Source: a virus (taxonomy: Duplodnaviria; Caudoviricetes). Taken from it: a stretch of 26,676 nt of DNA. The position numbers and the translations under genes are program-made. Positions 7,085 to 18,187 of the stretch are shown in pieces. The stretch spans positions 1-26,676 of the IMG/VR virus record IMGVR_UViG_3300030330_001737. The stretch is one strand, 5' to 3'. Within the stretch, counting starts at the first letter, position 1; the number at the start of each line of letters is the position of its first letter. The notes beneath the pieces were generated by a model that searched no databases, was not told where the DNA came from, and was given only the letters and a program-made list of their open reading frames with translations.

Positions 7085-10000
7085 TATCCATCTGTTCCAA
7101 ACTTAGCAGCACGTTCAGCCTCTTGGTCTTGTCTTCTTAAATTACGCATAATTCTAGTTGTGGTCTGACCACTACGGGTAAGCTCCCGTATCTTGGCTCC
7201 GTATGAATCAAGTACACGCTTATAGTTGTTTAAACGCCTCATTCTTTCTTCGCGAGACAGGCTTTGATCCCGCGCCACCGAGTTCATAGCTGCCATAATA
7301 TTGCTTTTCTCACGCTCGATATATGACAGTGATATCTGTATCTGTAGAGGATCTATATTCGATAGGTTCAATCCTATGAAGCGCAACAGAGACTGATTAA
7401 TCGTATCCGTTTCCAGACCATTAGGCTTGGTATTGCCACCTAATGCAGTGTAAAGCTTTGATACTGCACCATATTCTGTATTTAAAAATCCCGGTAAAAT
7501 GTATTGATTCGCTGCCCAGAATAAAACATCTGTTAACTGACCGCGATTGTAAAAGGGACGCTCTATTGCATCTGATATAAAGAATGGATCACTTGGATTT
7601 ACAATAGGTCTTTGTGTAAATGGATCTAGGTTTTGTGATAAGCCAAACAATGACCATGCTGGCCCCCCAAACATACCCAAAGTAGATGTGACATCTTTGA
7701 TATCAAACCCTTTTTCTGCTGGCCCTTTGTTACCTACCAATGATTTACCAGCAATAGCAGCGTCAGATATAAGCTGAGAGAAAGATCCCCACGGATACAG
7801 GTATGCAGTATCCAAAAACTGTAATCGACCTTCTGAATCACGAACAGGTATAGGTATCATGCCGGGGTTGCCACGCAAATAATCTGGCAAAGAACTCTTA
7901 ACATCCTCGTACTCTTCATCATCTATATCAAACGCCGACATAAACAATGACGGTAAGGCATAAGACAAGGCGACATATGGAGCAAATCTCATAGGATTGC
8001 GAAGCGCAGTTTTAATTAGTGCAGGTAATACCTTATATTGGAATGTAAGAAACGGTATACCCAATGGGCTTTGTCGTATTTTACGAACTACCTGTGGCAC
8101 ATCGGAGTAATCAAACAGGTATTCTTGTGCTCGTAAGAAGCCATCATCTGCACTGAGTCCCTCTCGCTCCATAACATCTATATTGATAGCTGTCTTGCCT
8201 ATAACTTCTATGCCCTGATAAACCTTGCTGGCTTTTTGAGCTAACTTCTGCCATGTGTTGAGCTTCAACCAACCATACATACCTATATCTTTGGCATCGA
8301 CAGAACTTAAAAAGTCCATCATATCGTCAGCCATCTGCATAAGTTCTTGATCTGTAAAGGATGTTTGCTGTACACCCCGTTTCAACATCTCTGCATAGTG
8401 CTTAGAGTTCTCAAAGTCACCACGGTTATATGCTCTTACCTCATTGATGGCTTCTACGAATCTAGGTATAACTCTGTAAAATGGCACGCCAGAAAGATGC
8501 ATCAGTATGGCGTTACTAAATAAGTTTCTAGCTATAGTCGGCGGGTTCAACGGTACTTTAATTGTCTTCCAAATCGCTGTAAGCTCACGACCCTTCGAGG
8601 CAATACCCTGCACAGCAGCATCACCTAGCTGCAACATAGCTCCTGACGCTATAACATCATCGAATATCTCTGTTCTGACCAAACGCCCGGACAACAACCC
8701 ATACTTCTTGTTTTTCGGAACACGTTTAAACTGATCGCCGTAGCCCTGTATCTCTGCTGCAAATCCGGCATCATCTAATTGTTCGTAGTATTCTAATGGC
8801 TGTAGTCCTTTAGCTATAAATGCATCTCTAACAGCGTTCTCCATCTCTACTGCATCTTGGGTTAGCTTCGCTGCTTTATCAGGGTCAGCTGCACTAAGCG
8901 CATCTGCTATTTCTCGCAGTGTTCTAGCCTCATTGGTTAGATAGAAACCGCTGACCTTAATTGGCTCACCATTCTTGCCTATGTAATCCACAACAAACTG
9001 GTCATCTGCGGTAGTCCAAGCATCGTTACCCGCAATCGAGTTCATAAACTCTATAAACTGTAAGTCTCGTATGGGTCTTTGTATGGCTCGTGATACTAAA
9101 AATGCAGGGTCTAGCTCGTTTATTACGCCAAGAGACTCTTGCGACTCTTTTGTCATATCTTTACGAGGTTTAAGATAGCTGAATGCTGCGTCTCTCTTGT
9201 CTTCTAGTACGTGTTTTATGTATATACGGGGCAGATATGACCTTTTATTTGCGAAGAATGTGCGAGGATTTAGAAGCCCTTTATTGACCAGCTCCAACCC
9301 TAAATTTTCTATCAGATCTTTGGCCTTTTCTGATGCAGCTGCTGCTCTAGGATCTAATGCTTTAAGTTGTGCCAGAACATTTGCTTCTGCATCTGGCTCA
9401 CCAGTAGTCAGATAGTTAAATATAGTGGTTCTTAACTGCTCTGTATCAGCACGATCCTTCGGCCCTTTTTTGAACAAGAATTTATTGCCTATCTCATCGC
9501 GCAAAAACTCGGCAACTTTGGTAGATCTACCCACCGTACCCAAATACTCAGCACGACTCAGGTAAAACTCACGCTTTTGTGGCAAACCGCCAAGAGTGTT
9601 AAAGAACGGAATGTTATTGACATAGTTAATAGCTTTCTGTCTACCATTCTTCATCACGCCACGAAGGTTTTCTGTTCCATGATTAGTGACAGCAGCAGCT
9701 TCATTCTGCTTTTGTGCGTAATATATTTCTGTTGACTCTATAAGTTTGTCAGACACCCTCATATCGTCGGTAATTTCGTATACCTTTAGCGCATTACGCT
9801 GATTAGAAGTACCCAAAAAATAGTTTTCACTGGTAACTTTTAGCTCTTCTTCAAATCCCTCTTGTTCTCTAGCAAGATTCTCTTCTTCTATATCTGCTGT
9901 TTCTTTTTGTAATCTTCGCAAAAGATTCAAATCCTGTTCGGCTATGCTGCCAGCTAAAGGTATGACCCTAGCAGGTTGTTCCTCCAGCTCTGACAACTCT

Positions 10001-13000
10001 ATTATCTTTGCCGACTCTATATTGTTAGGATCAATACTCCCTAAATATAATCTTTTATTAGAATTATCTGCCCTCAACTTTTTCTTGGCATTTTTAATCT
10101 GTGAGGATGAGTTACCAAGTAAATTAGCTAAACTTGCCTCTAATATTTGAGGCACTTTTTTATCATATAAATTTTCAAACCCAGAGCCTGTTGGATAATC
10201 TATTGCGCCTGTTACTCGGCTCCTCATATCCTTGATTTCGGGAATGTTTAATAAAGATTCTGACTCTAATTGTTCTGGTGTAAGCTCCTGTCCACTCTCT
10301 TTCTGTGTGCGCAAAGCCTCTAATTCAATGTATCTTTCTTGGAGCTTGGATAATAGATCTGGCGCAAAATAACTACCCGTATCCTTCATTTCATCTCTAA
10401 TAATTTTGGCAGTGTTATCACCTAAAAACTCATCTAAGGTTGGATTATAATCGACCGTTTGGATTTGATTATCCCCAACAGCAATTGGTCTTTGATCTCC
10501 AAGCGTTACCACATTAGATAGGACAGATGTTTTTTGTAATTGATTGTTTTCAAATCTGACTATTGGAACGGTATAAGAAACAGTAAATGCATTGGCTATG
10601 TTTGGATATTTCCTTGTCATAACATCAGAGAAAGCTCTAGCAAAAATAGCGTGAGATAATTTAGTTACTGAATCATCAGAAACATCAACCTCCTCAGTAA
10701 ACTCTTTTTCAAATGAGTTCTTCAAACTCTGTGAATATCTTATTGCTGACACACGACCTAGCGTTCCATCTAGATCCTTTAATGACATTTCAAATAACAT
10801 ATTGGCTTGTGACTTAGCGCGACCAATAACGTTTTGAGAAAACTCGCCTGACACAGCATCAACATATTCTGTGCTCGTTTCTGATAAAGGCACACCCCCT
10901 AACTGTCTCGCTGTATCAGTCAGACCTTCTTCGTCTATTGTTGGAACTTCGGCTAAATACGCTAATCTATCTATCTGATTTATTATTTCATCAGATGTAA
11001 TAATCATTTCTAATGGCTGGTCATCCACAAAATATTCTTTAGCCTCTATAACAAGAGCATTGCTATTTCCTATAACTGTGGTTTCTACAGAATGATTATA
11101 ATTTTCCATAAAATCATCTAAAGAGAATGTTCTTTCGATGTTTATCCCATCAATATGTTCTTTTAAATTATCTCGATATCTTTCTTTGTGGCCCTCACTA
11201 CCCACTACTGCAATTCGGTCATAACCATTTTGCACAGCCATTCTTGTAATTTGATCTAAGGCAAAAGCAAGCCTTTGATTTTCATTTTTTAAGGGCAGAT
11301 TTGGTATCTCTTTTCCGTAAACCTCGTCTTTGTAATTATTTTGTTCTTGTCGTACTAAGTTTTTTTCTGTTCTGTTTAAACGATCAAAACTAGGATATGA
11401 AATATCTCCATACGAATACAAATCGGATGCTGCTAATGCTCTCATTCTCTCTTGTGCGTATTGATGCAAGTCAGATTGTATTTCTTCTATAACTAATACA
11501 ACCTCACCATTATCTAAAACATAATCACTAAGCCTAGCGTGGAGGATTGGATTAATAACATCCTTGAAATGAGAGTGCGTAAAGATTGTTCCAAGAGGAT
11601 TATCTACAGTCGCAGCTAATATAATTTCTCTGTAGTTGTATTGAGTTAATGGCTTAATGTCATCTGTCGGATCTGGTATATTAGAAACAAAATCCCGTCC
11701 ACCCATTTGGGTATATCGTTTATAAAACCCTTCGCCTAAAGATTGATTATCTGAATAGCGAACATCAAAAGGTTTTTCACTACCTACAGGAGTTTGTTGT
11801 CCAATTGGTCTGCCAAAATCCATCAAACCAGAACCTGTCACATCAGTAGCTCTAGGAAAGGTTTGAGCATCTTTAGGTGACGATTCTGTATCAACCAACA
11901 TTTGCCCAAAGTTTCTAAGGCTCAAAACATTCTTGGGATCTTGTATATCACGATTCAGCTTTTTAACTATTTCACGATGCAACTTTCTTTCTTGCTCACT
12001 AAATGGAGCTACTTCGCTAAATTGATTTTTAAAATCAAGATTTATTTTATTGATATCTGAAATAACATCTTCGCTAAATATATTGTTGTTGATATTTGGA
12101 TTAGGAGATCCATTTGCGAAGGTATTAACAATTTCTTTTAATGCGCTTAATGTGCCTTTATCCTCTAATCCATTCTTAGCTAAACGCAAAGAACTCAAAG
12201 CTATTTTTCCAACTTCTTCATAAGCCAAGTCATTTCTTTCTGATTGGATTGCCTCTCTATATGTCGCCTCTCCTCGTGTGTCCTCATTGCCTTGCCTAGA
12301 TATAGGAGTTCCGTATATTTGTATTTCTAATACCTGCTCTGTTTCTGACACATAATCTTCTAAATCTTTACCAGATACAGACTTGTCAGTTGGCAACGTA
12401 GCTAAATAAGTACCTAGTCCAGAGTCATTGAACTCTTCAATTTTTATTCCTTTTAACTTACCTGCCAGCTCTGCTTTGCCTTGTTTATTAGTTATTACCT
12501 TTGCCCAAGCTTCTGGCAACGCTTTATCATTAGATTGATTTTGTAATGTGCGCTTTAGTTTAGAATGGAATGACGGACGCATACCTGTGCTGGCTGCGAT
12601 TGGCCCCTGCTTTAACATGAAAAGCGGTGTTGTTGGGGATAATCCAGATGTATCTAATGACGGGCCTATTTTTTGGCGCAGATTTCTAACTGGCCCCGCA
12701 TCAGGTGTTCGCGTACCGACACGACCTTGACGAACCTGATTAAATATATCTTCTATCTCTGCTGGCAAACGCTCACCCGTAAAAGCTGCCCTAAGCTGTT
12801 TAAACAGTTTAAGAAGCTTGCTGAATATACGGCGCAGCGGTGGATTAAACTCTGCTGGAACCTTGCCATCTATATCTAGGCCACGGTTATACAAAGCAGA
12901 CGAGTATGCAACCAGCTCATTTAGCTGCTGGAATGGATTAAGACCGTCCATAGCCCTGTTAAACTCTTTATCTCCAAGCTGTCTGCGTACTATGTCTTGC

Positions 13001-16000
13001 ATACGCCCAACATTAGCTTGTAGATCTTTCAGCTCTTGTGCATTAAAGAAACCGTTGTTGAATAAGAAGTGTGTTGCTTCGTGATATGCGCGGTTGTTGG
13101 TATCTAAGAAGCCATCTGTTGTTAGAGATACGGCAACGAGATTGCCAGCCTGTAATCCTAACGCTTCCTGCATTGGAACTTGCGCACCGTTTATTTCAAC
13201 CGTCTGTAAGTTGGGATCATCCATTGACCTAGCAGGGCCAAACAGCTGTGAGGCAACTTCTATCCTAGCTGTTGGGGCAATAGACTTAATGACCTGCACA
13301 ACTCTGTTAAACTCGTTGATATCAAGTGGTGCTTTGGATTTAACAACACCCGGCCCTAGCTCAGTCATTGTGCCAGCAACCATTTCTCCAGCTACAGGCT
13401 GACCAGTTTTTAAGGCGAAGTCTAAATCTGTAGCCTGATCAACAGCATCTAAGTATTCATCAGCGGAGGAAAAAGCGTTCCTAGCAGAGTCGTGATCCAT
13501 GCCACCCTGTCTGTATTCGTTATACAGTTTTAGGGCAAGACCCATGACAGCAGGGTCTGCTTTACCCACATCAGCTGTAACATCATCTGCGATATCAGCC
13601 TTTTCTTTTGTAGATAAAACAGTCTTAGGTTCTTTCTTTAGTTTGCGCTTAGTCTTTTTTTCTTTCTTTGCAACCTCTTCTTGTGTCGTTTCTTGCTCTG
13701 TTCTTGGGTTGATTTGAGGTACTGAAAAAACAGGTTTATCTGCTGCTCTCGCAGCTTCTCCTTGTTCTTTAACCTTCGATCTAACATCTTGTCCTAATTC
13801 ACGAATAGTATTTTCTGAAAGATTAAGGCCAGTACGTCGATAATAATCTATCAACTCCCCCATAATTTCTTGATCAGCTTTAGATCTGCTGCGGGGATTA
13901 CCTACAATGTATAAAGCCTTATCTAGTAACGAATCAAATACAGGGGTTTCATCTCTATATTTTGGCTTAGATTTTTCTACACGATCAGATATAAATTTGT
14001 CGGTAGTAGGCTCGTCTTGTATCTCTTCTTCTACTACCTCTTCTTCTACAACTTCTTCTGTGGCCTCTGTCTCTGGAGGTCGCGCATCTTTTGCCTCTTG
14101 CTGTGCAGATGCAGCTGCTGCTGCCTCTTCGATAGCTTGCTTGCGACCCTCTTCACGAAGCTTATTCTCAGCTTCTTCCTGCTTTCTTTGCTCGTTTAAA
14201 CGCTTTTTAGTTTGTTGGTGCTGCTGCACTACATCCAATAGATCTATCTTCTGCTGGTTGGTCAACTGTGCTAGATCTGTATCAGGGCTTCCTGTTACCT
14301 GTTGTATATAATTCTTTCTATCTTTCTTGCTTACCTTTTGTTTCTTTATCTCTCTTTCGATAGCAGATGTTTCTATCTGTGTTTGTAGAGTCTCTGATTC
14401 TTCACCTGTTAAAGCAGCCCTGCCCAATACTGTTGTAGGATTAGGCTCGTTTATAAGTCCACTCAGGGTCTGTTCGATATTGTCTGATAGGTCGCCACTA
14501 TCTACAGCCTCGGTAGTTTCAGCGTCTTGTAATATGCTTGCGACACCAACTTCTACATTAGATTTATAGTCTGGGTTGCGCCTTTCTTTTTCTTTCTCTA
14601 CTGCCTTGAGGTTATATACGCTATCAGGCTTGGCTTGTGCCTGTGCTTTGTCGCCCTGTTGTGTAGCTTTGATCGCATCCTTGAGAGTGATGTTGCCAGC
14701 CTCAACCTGTGGCAATAACTCTGGCGATACGAATGGCTTTAGCCCTTCTTCGTAAAGCTCTTGTGTAGTCATCTCTCCTACAGCTTTATCGTTGATGCGA
14801 TATTTAGGACTAAGCAAATCAGCATCACTAGCAAACGACAGTCCAGTGTCGGGATCTACCGTCTGATTCTTGGGCAGATAGGCTATATCCTCGTCGTTAA
14901 TTAATACTTTGACCTTATCGCCTTCTACGCCTAGTACTTGCGCTTGCTGCATATTGCCATCTGCATCGTATACAGATATTGGCTGCTCACTCTGCTGCAT
15001 CTCTGCAAGCTGTTCATCTGACAGAGCGGGTAAATCTGGTGCAGACTCAAGCTCTTGACGTAGCTGCTTTTCAGATTTGGGATATTTAACTTTGCCACGT
15101 ACCAGCAAATCAAAGATCGCACCTGCACCAGCACCATAACCAAAGTCTGACAACATACTGTCAGTCAATGGCATATCAGGATCATAGTTATTTTGGGCTG
15201 CAAACTTTTGCAAGAACCCTGCAACTAATTCCTGACCGCCTTCAGCTATACCTGTAGTAGATGCTTCGGACAGTCGCCTTACTACCTGACTCTTTACATT
15301 CTGCCCGATAGTTTTGGGTATACCACGGAGAACCATCTCTACTGGCAAGAGTTCTAAGAATCCTATCGGTACACCTAACGCTATAGCTAGATTACGTTGC
15401 CCTACCGTGTAATCGTTGCCAGCTGCTTTGTATGCTTCTATCAGTGAGCTTGCTTCACCAGCCCCAACACCCGGCGCAAAAGCACCGTACTGTATGCCTT
15501 TCAATCCCTTAGCTAACTTGTTGACGCGAGTAGCTGCTGCTGCATATTCGCTGCCCTTAGCTGCAAGTGCTGCCCCTCTGCTGGCTGCTCCAGCTGCCCC
15601 TAATCCGGGTACAGCAAATAGCAGTATGCTTCCTAGAGCCTCTGCCAGTTTGCCTACGACAGTCTCTTCATTGCCTACGAAAGCTTTTGCTTCTTGTAAT
15701 GCCTTGAATGCTTCTGATGACTCAGGATCTAGCGCATCCTCAAAGCCAGCTACATTAGTTACGGTGTCTGCTATTGAAAATAAACCCTCACCGATAGTAA
15801 GTGCAGTTTGGCCTACACCTCTAGCTATGCCTCTTGGTACAGCCAGTAATGGGTTTTGGCTTTCTTCTTCTGGCGGGGCTATAGGTTCTGGCAAGAATCC
15901 TGTGCCAAATCCAGCAAATAAATCGACCGCTTGCTCTGGGGGTGAGGCAGGTTGCGGTGGCACAGCTGCCTGTGATTGGGAGATCGGGGCTTGTGACGCT

Positions 16001-16167
16001 GCGCCAGCCGCAAAACTTCCCGGCTGTATAGGTGCTAACTGCTCATATACAGGTCGGAACTGGCTTCGTGGTTGTCTAAATACAGGGGCATCAAACTGTG
16101 AGCCTTGTCTATACGGGCCTTGTAAAGTCTGTATAAGCCTTTGTATTCGCTCTTCTTGTGTAGCCAT
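7084..16167 (-). CDS. Giant (3027 aa) internal virion / polyvalent-type protein with a zincin HExxH domain, an EEIQSD domain and an LPD38-like C-terminus
   Basis: HEATH at 13069-13083 with a downstream Glu (NELVA); YREI..HF..HARL..VLVIEEIQSDLHQ near 11461-11640; C-terminal FDYS..PFLTF..LP.Y; last gene of the ejection-protein block. Confidence 0.85.
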   Translation of the reverse strand: MATQEERIQRLIQTLQGPYRQGSQFDAPVFRQPRSQFRPVYEQLAPIQPGSFAAGAASQAPISQSQAAVPPQPASPPEQAVDLFAGFGTGFLPEPIAPPEEESQNPLLAVPRGIARGVGQTALTIGEGLFSIADTVTNVAGFEDALDPESSEAFKALQEAKAFVGNEETVVGKLAEALGSILLFAVPGLGAAGAASRGAALAAKGSEYAAAATRVNKLAKGLKGIQYGAFAPGVGAGEASSLIEAYKAAGNDYTVGQRNLAIALGVPIGFLELLPVEMVLRGIPKTIGQNVKSQVVRRLSEASTTGIAEGGQELVAGFLQKFAAQNNYDPDMPLTDSMLSDFGYGAGAGAIFDLLVRGKVKYPKSEKQLRQELESAPDLPALSDEQLAEMQQSEQPISVYDADGNMQQAQVLGVEGDKVKVLINDEDIAYLPKNQTVDPDTGLSFASDADLLSPKYRINDKAVGEMTTQELYEEGLKPFVSPELLPQVEAGNITLKDAIKATQQGDKAQAQAKPDSVYNLKAVEKEKERRNPDYKSNVEVGVASILQDAETTEAVDSGDLSDNIEQTLSGLINEPNPTTVLGRAALTGEESETLQTQIETSAIEREIKKQKVSKKDRKNYIQQVTGSPDTDLAQLTNQQKIDLLDVVQQHQQTKKRLNEQRKQEEAENKLREEGRKQAIEEAAAAASAQQEAKDARPPETEATEEVVEEEVVEEEIQDEPTTDKFISDRVEKSKPKYRDETPVFDSLLDKALYIVGNPRSRSKADQEIMGELIDYYRRTGLNLSENTIRELGQDVRSKVKEQGEAARAADKPVFSVPQINPRTEQETTQEEVAKKEKKTKRKLKKEPKTVLSTKEKADIADDVTADVGKADPAVMGLALKLYNEYRQGGMDHDSARNAFSSADEYLDAVDQATDLDFALKTGQPVAGEMVAGTMTELGPGVVKSKAPLDINEFNRVVQVIKSIAPTARIEVASQLFGPARSMDDPNLQTVEINGAQVPMQEALGLQAGNLVAVSLTTDGFLDTNNRAYHEATHFLFNNGFFNAQELKDLQANVGRMQDIVRRQLGDKEFNRAMDGLNPFQQLNELVAYSSALYNRGLDIDGKVPAEFNPPLRRIFSKLLKLFKQLRAAFTGERLPAEIEDIFNQVRQGRVGTRTPDAGPVRNLRQKIGPSLDTSGLSPTTPLFMLKQGPIAASTGMRPSFHSKLKRTLQNQSNDKALPEAWAKVITNKQGKAELAGKLKGIKIEEFNDSGLGTYLATLPTDKSVSGKDLEDYVSETEQVLEIQIYGTPISRQGNEDTRGEATYREAIQSERNDLAYEEVGKIALSSLRLAKNGLEDKGTLSALKEIVNTFANGSPNPNINNNIFSEDVISDINKINLDFKNQFSEVAPFSEQERKLHREIVKKLNRDIQDPKNVLSLRNFGQMLVDTESSPKDAQTFPRATDVTGSGLMDFGRPIGQQTPVGSEKPFDVRYSDNQSLGEGFYKRYTQMGGRDFVSNIPDPTDDIKPLTQYNYREIILAATVDNPLGTIFTHSHFKDVINPILHARLSDYVLDNGEVVLVIEEIQSDLHQYAQERMRALAASDLYSYGDISYPSFDRLNRTEKNLVRQEQNNYKDEVYGKEIPNLPLKNENQRLAFALDQITRMAVQNGYDRIAVVGSEGHKERYRDNLKEHIDGINIERTFSLDDFMENYNHSVETTVIGNSNALVIEAKEYFVDDQPLEMIITSDEIINQIDRLAYLAEVPTIDEEGLTDTARQLGGVPLSETSTEYVDAVSGEFSQNVIGRAKSQANMLFEMSLKDLDGTLGRVSAIRYSQSLKNSFEKEFTEEVDVSDDSVTKLSHAIFARAFSDVMTRKYPNIANAFTVSYTVPIVRFENNQLQKTSVLSNVVTLGDQRPIAVGDNQIQTVDYNPTLDEFLGDNTAKIIRDEMKDTGSYFAPDLLSKLQERYIELEALRTQKESGQELTPEQLESESLLNIPEIKDMRSRVTGAIDYPTGSGFENLYDKKVPQILEASLANLLGNSSSQIKNAKKKLRADNSNKRLYLGSIDPNNIESAKIIELSELEEQPARVIPLAGSIAEQDLNLLRRLQKETADIEEENLAREQEGFEEELKVTSENYFLGTSNQRNALKVYEITDDMRVSDKLIESTEIYYAQKQNEAAAVTNHGTENLRGVMKNGRQKAINYVNNIPFFNTLGGLPQKREFYLSRAEYLGTVGRSTKVAEFLRDEIGNKFLFKKGPKDRADTEQLRTTIFNYLTTGEPDAEANVLAQLKALDPRAAAASEKAKDLIENLGLELVNKGLLNPRTFFANKRSYLPRIYIKHVLEDKRDAAFSYLKPRKDMTKESQESLGVINELDPAFLVSRAIQRPIRDLQFIEFMNSIAGNDAWTTADDQFVVDYIGKNGEPIKVSGFYLTNEARTLREIADALSAADPDKAAKLTQDAVEMENAVRDAFIAKGLQPLEYYEQLDDAGFAAEIQGYGDQFKRVPKNKKYGLLSGRLVRTEIFDDVIASGAMLQLGDAAVQGIASKGRELTAIWKTIKVPLNPPTIARNLFSNAILMHLSGVPFYRVIPRFVEAINEVRAYNRGDFENSKHYAEMLKRGVQQTSFTDQELMQMADDMMDFLSSVDAKDIGMYGWLKLNTWQKLAQKASKVYQGIEVIGKTAINIDVMEREGLSADDGFLRAQEYLFDYSDVPQVVRKIRQSPLGIPFLTFQYKVLPALIKTALRNPMRFAPYVALSYALPSLFMSAFDIDDEEYEDVKSSLPDYLRGNPGMIPIPVRDSEGRLQFLDTAYLYPWGSFSQLISDAAIAGKSLVGNKGPAEKGFDIKDVTSTLGMFGGPAWSLFGLSQNLDPFTQRPIVNPSDPFFISDAIERPFYNRGQLTDVLFWAANQYILPGFLNTEYGAVSKLYTALGGNTKPNGLETDTINQSLLRFIGLNLSNIDPLQIQISLSYIEREKSNIMAAMNSVARDQSLSREERMRRLNNYKRVLDSYGAKIRELTRSGQTTTRIMRNLRRQDQEAERAAKFGTDG

Positions 16168-18176
16168 TAAATGTTCGGTATTGCGCTCGATATATACTTA
16201 TCATCTAGCCATCTATATCTTTGTTTAAACAGCCTTAACAACTCAGCTTTATCTTCTGGTGAATCTGCTCTAGCTATTTCTCCTAGTTCTGCACCGTACT
16301 TATTGAGAACTGCCTCGTGACCAACCTCGTTATTTTCTTTAAGTTGTTCATAAATTTGCGCAGATACTTGCCTAGCAACTTCACTGTCAGATAACGTTTT
16401 ATCCTGCCTTACAGACTTTTCTATCTGAGCTAGTCTTGGAATAATTTCTTTAATAGAGTTATTAACAAGTCTTCTCGCCTCTGGTACGAATAACTGCTCA
16501 TACCCACCCACAGCAAGTCTTATTGATGCTTGTTCTGGTGTTGTATCTAATTTTTGTTCTATATCAGTGAAGCCAGCTCTTGTGCTATTAAAGTCGTTAA
16601 TGGCTGCTCTAACATCATCTCTAAACTGATTTCTTTGTTCAGCTTCAAATTTATCTACCTCTAAACCTTTACTAACTGCTTGGAAATAAAGATCCATTCG
16701 CTTAGTAGCTAGAGTGGTTTGATTTTTTGCATCCGCTGTGGCGTATGTAGCTTCCAAGGTTCTAGCATCATTAATACGCTTGAGATTGTCTTGTTGTCTC
16801 TGATAAGCAGTATTAGCTTTATCTTTCTCTCTTCCGTAAGCATCGATAGCGTACTGATAAAGTTCTTTCTGCTCTTGACCAGAAAACTTATTCATCACAT
16901 TAGATGCGCCAGCCAAACCTCTTGATATCGTTTCTATGAAACTAGGCGTTGCATTCCCTGCTGCATTAAAAAATGCAGATGCTACGCCAAGATCTGTTTG
17001 CTTTTTAATTCTATCTTTAATGTTTTCTTTGCTTGGTAGCTCTGCCTCTAAATCTTTTAGCTTGTTAAGAGAGTCATCTACTTCCGTTTTGTATTGCTTT
17101 TCTCTAGCTATCAAATCATTGAACATCTCATTGCTAATGCCTGTAGCTTTAGATCTTAACGTGTTGCTCACACTTGTTGATGGCGTAGCTCCAGCACCAG
17201 CTGCATCAACACCAGACATTATATTTTGCGGAGTCAACCCCGCCATAGGCCCACCATATGCACCGGGATACATAGAGCTTAAAATTGCGATATCATTTGG
17301 CGGTGGCAAAGCTAGACCTCCTGTCTGACCAGAAGGAACATTTTGCGGAGTAGTTGATGCTTGTGAGGATTGGCTTACCGCTCCAGATGAAACAGTTGTG
17401 CTTGGCTGTGCAGATGTAACAGCAGACGGTTGCTGTCCACCTATAACCGTCCCGCTCATTGGAACGTTTAAACTAGGCCTTGTTAAAGGAGGCGGTAAAG
17501 CTGCTCGCATACCTGCGACTGCTCTTTGAGATGCGTCAAATGGTGTTAATGAAGCTGTATCACCCGGATTAGATAATCCCAAAGCTCGTCCGAATCTACT
17601 GAACCTTGCTAGTTGCGCAACGTTACCGGCTACTCTTGGTGCAAGCATAGCTGCATCTACCGCAGCAGCACCTGATTGCAATGCTCCCATTCCAAATTGC
17701 TGTAGTGCTGTTCTGTCATTTATTGATTGAACAAGCTGCTCTTGTTGAACTGGAGACATAGATCGGTATTGATCCTCCGTTACCCCAGCATCTTCTAGTT
17801 GGCTAAAGAAGTCACTTAAATTACCTCCTGTTTGGAATCGTCTGACTAGACCACCAACCTTTGCCATAGGCATTGGTGCTGGCTGCATAGACTGCAATGT
17901 CATCATTGGGTCAGGCATAGGCTGTTGCATTGGAACTTGCGCCATAGGGCCAGCTGGCATAGTAGGACGCATAGCTGTAGCTAGAAGCTGATTTATTACA
18001 GGGGGCTGTGGCATATTCTGCATAGCAGATGCTTCTTGCCTGATATCATTACGAGCTTTCATTTCACTTGCAGCGATAACTCCTTCAATCCCTCCAGCCT
18101 GTGTTAGCTGGGCTAGAGCTTGATCTGGCAATCCCTCTGTTCTATCCGCAATTCTAAGTAGATCTTCCATTGCCAT
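16167..18176 (-). CDS. Internal virion (ejection) protein, putative
   Basis: 669 aa; Met/Pro/Gln-rich N-terminus, amphipathic Gly/Ala helices, coiled-coil C-terminus; position in the late operon. Confidence 0.7.
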   Translation of the reverse strand: MAMEDLLRIADRTEGLPDQALAQLTQAGGIEGVIAASEMKARNDIRQEASAMQNMPQPPVINQLLATAMRPTMPAGPMAQVPMQQPMPDPMMTLQSMQPAPMPMAKVGGLVRRFQTGGNLSDFFSQLEDAGVTEDQYRSMSPVQQEQLVQSINDRTALQQFGMGALQSGAAAVDAAMLAPRVAGNVAQLARFSRFGRALGLSNPGDTASLTPFDASQRAVAGMRAALPPPLTRPSLNVPMSGTVIGGQQPSAVTSAQPSTTVSSGAVSQSSQASTTPQNVPSGQTGGLALPPPNDIAILSSMYPGAYGGPMAGLTPQNIMSGVDAAGAGATPSTSVSNTLRSKATGISNEMFNDLIAREKQYKTEVDDSLNKLKDLEAELPSKENIKDRIKKQTDLGVASAFFNAAGNATPSFIETISRGLAGASNVMNKFSGQEQKELYQYAIDAYGREKDKANTAYQRQQDNLKRINDARTLEATYATADAKNQTTLATKRMDLYFQAVSKGLEVDKFEAEQRNQFRDDVRAAINDFNSTRAGFTDIEQKLDTTPEQASIRLAVGGYEQLFVPEARRLVNNSIKEIIPRLAQIEKSVRQDKTLSDSEVARQVSAQIYEQLKENNEVGHEAVLNKYGAELGEIARADSPEDKAELLRLFKQRYRWLDDKYISSAIPNI

Positions 18177-18187
18177 GTTTAAACGTC

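Noticed and set aside
15416-16228. 270-aa + strand ORF, and the other antisense ORFs within 7084-25080
   Set aside because: Shadow frames of long - strand genes; low-complexity translations with no recognisable motifs.
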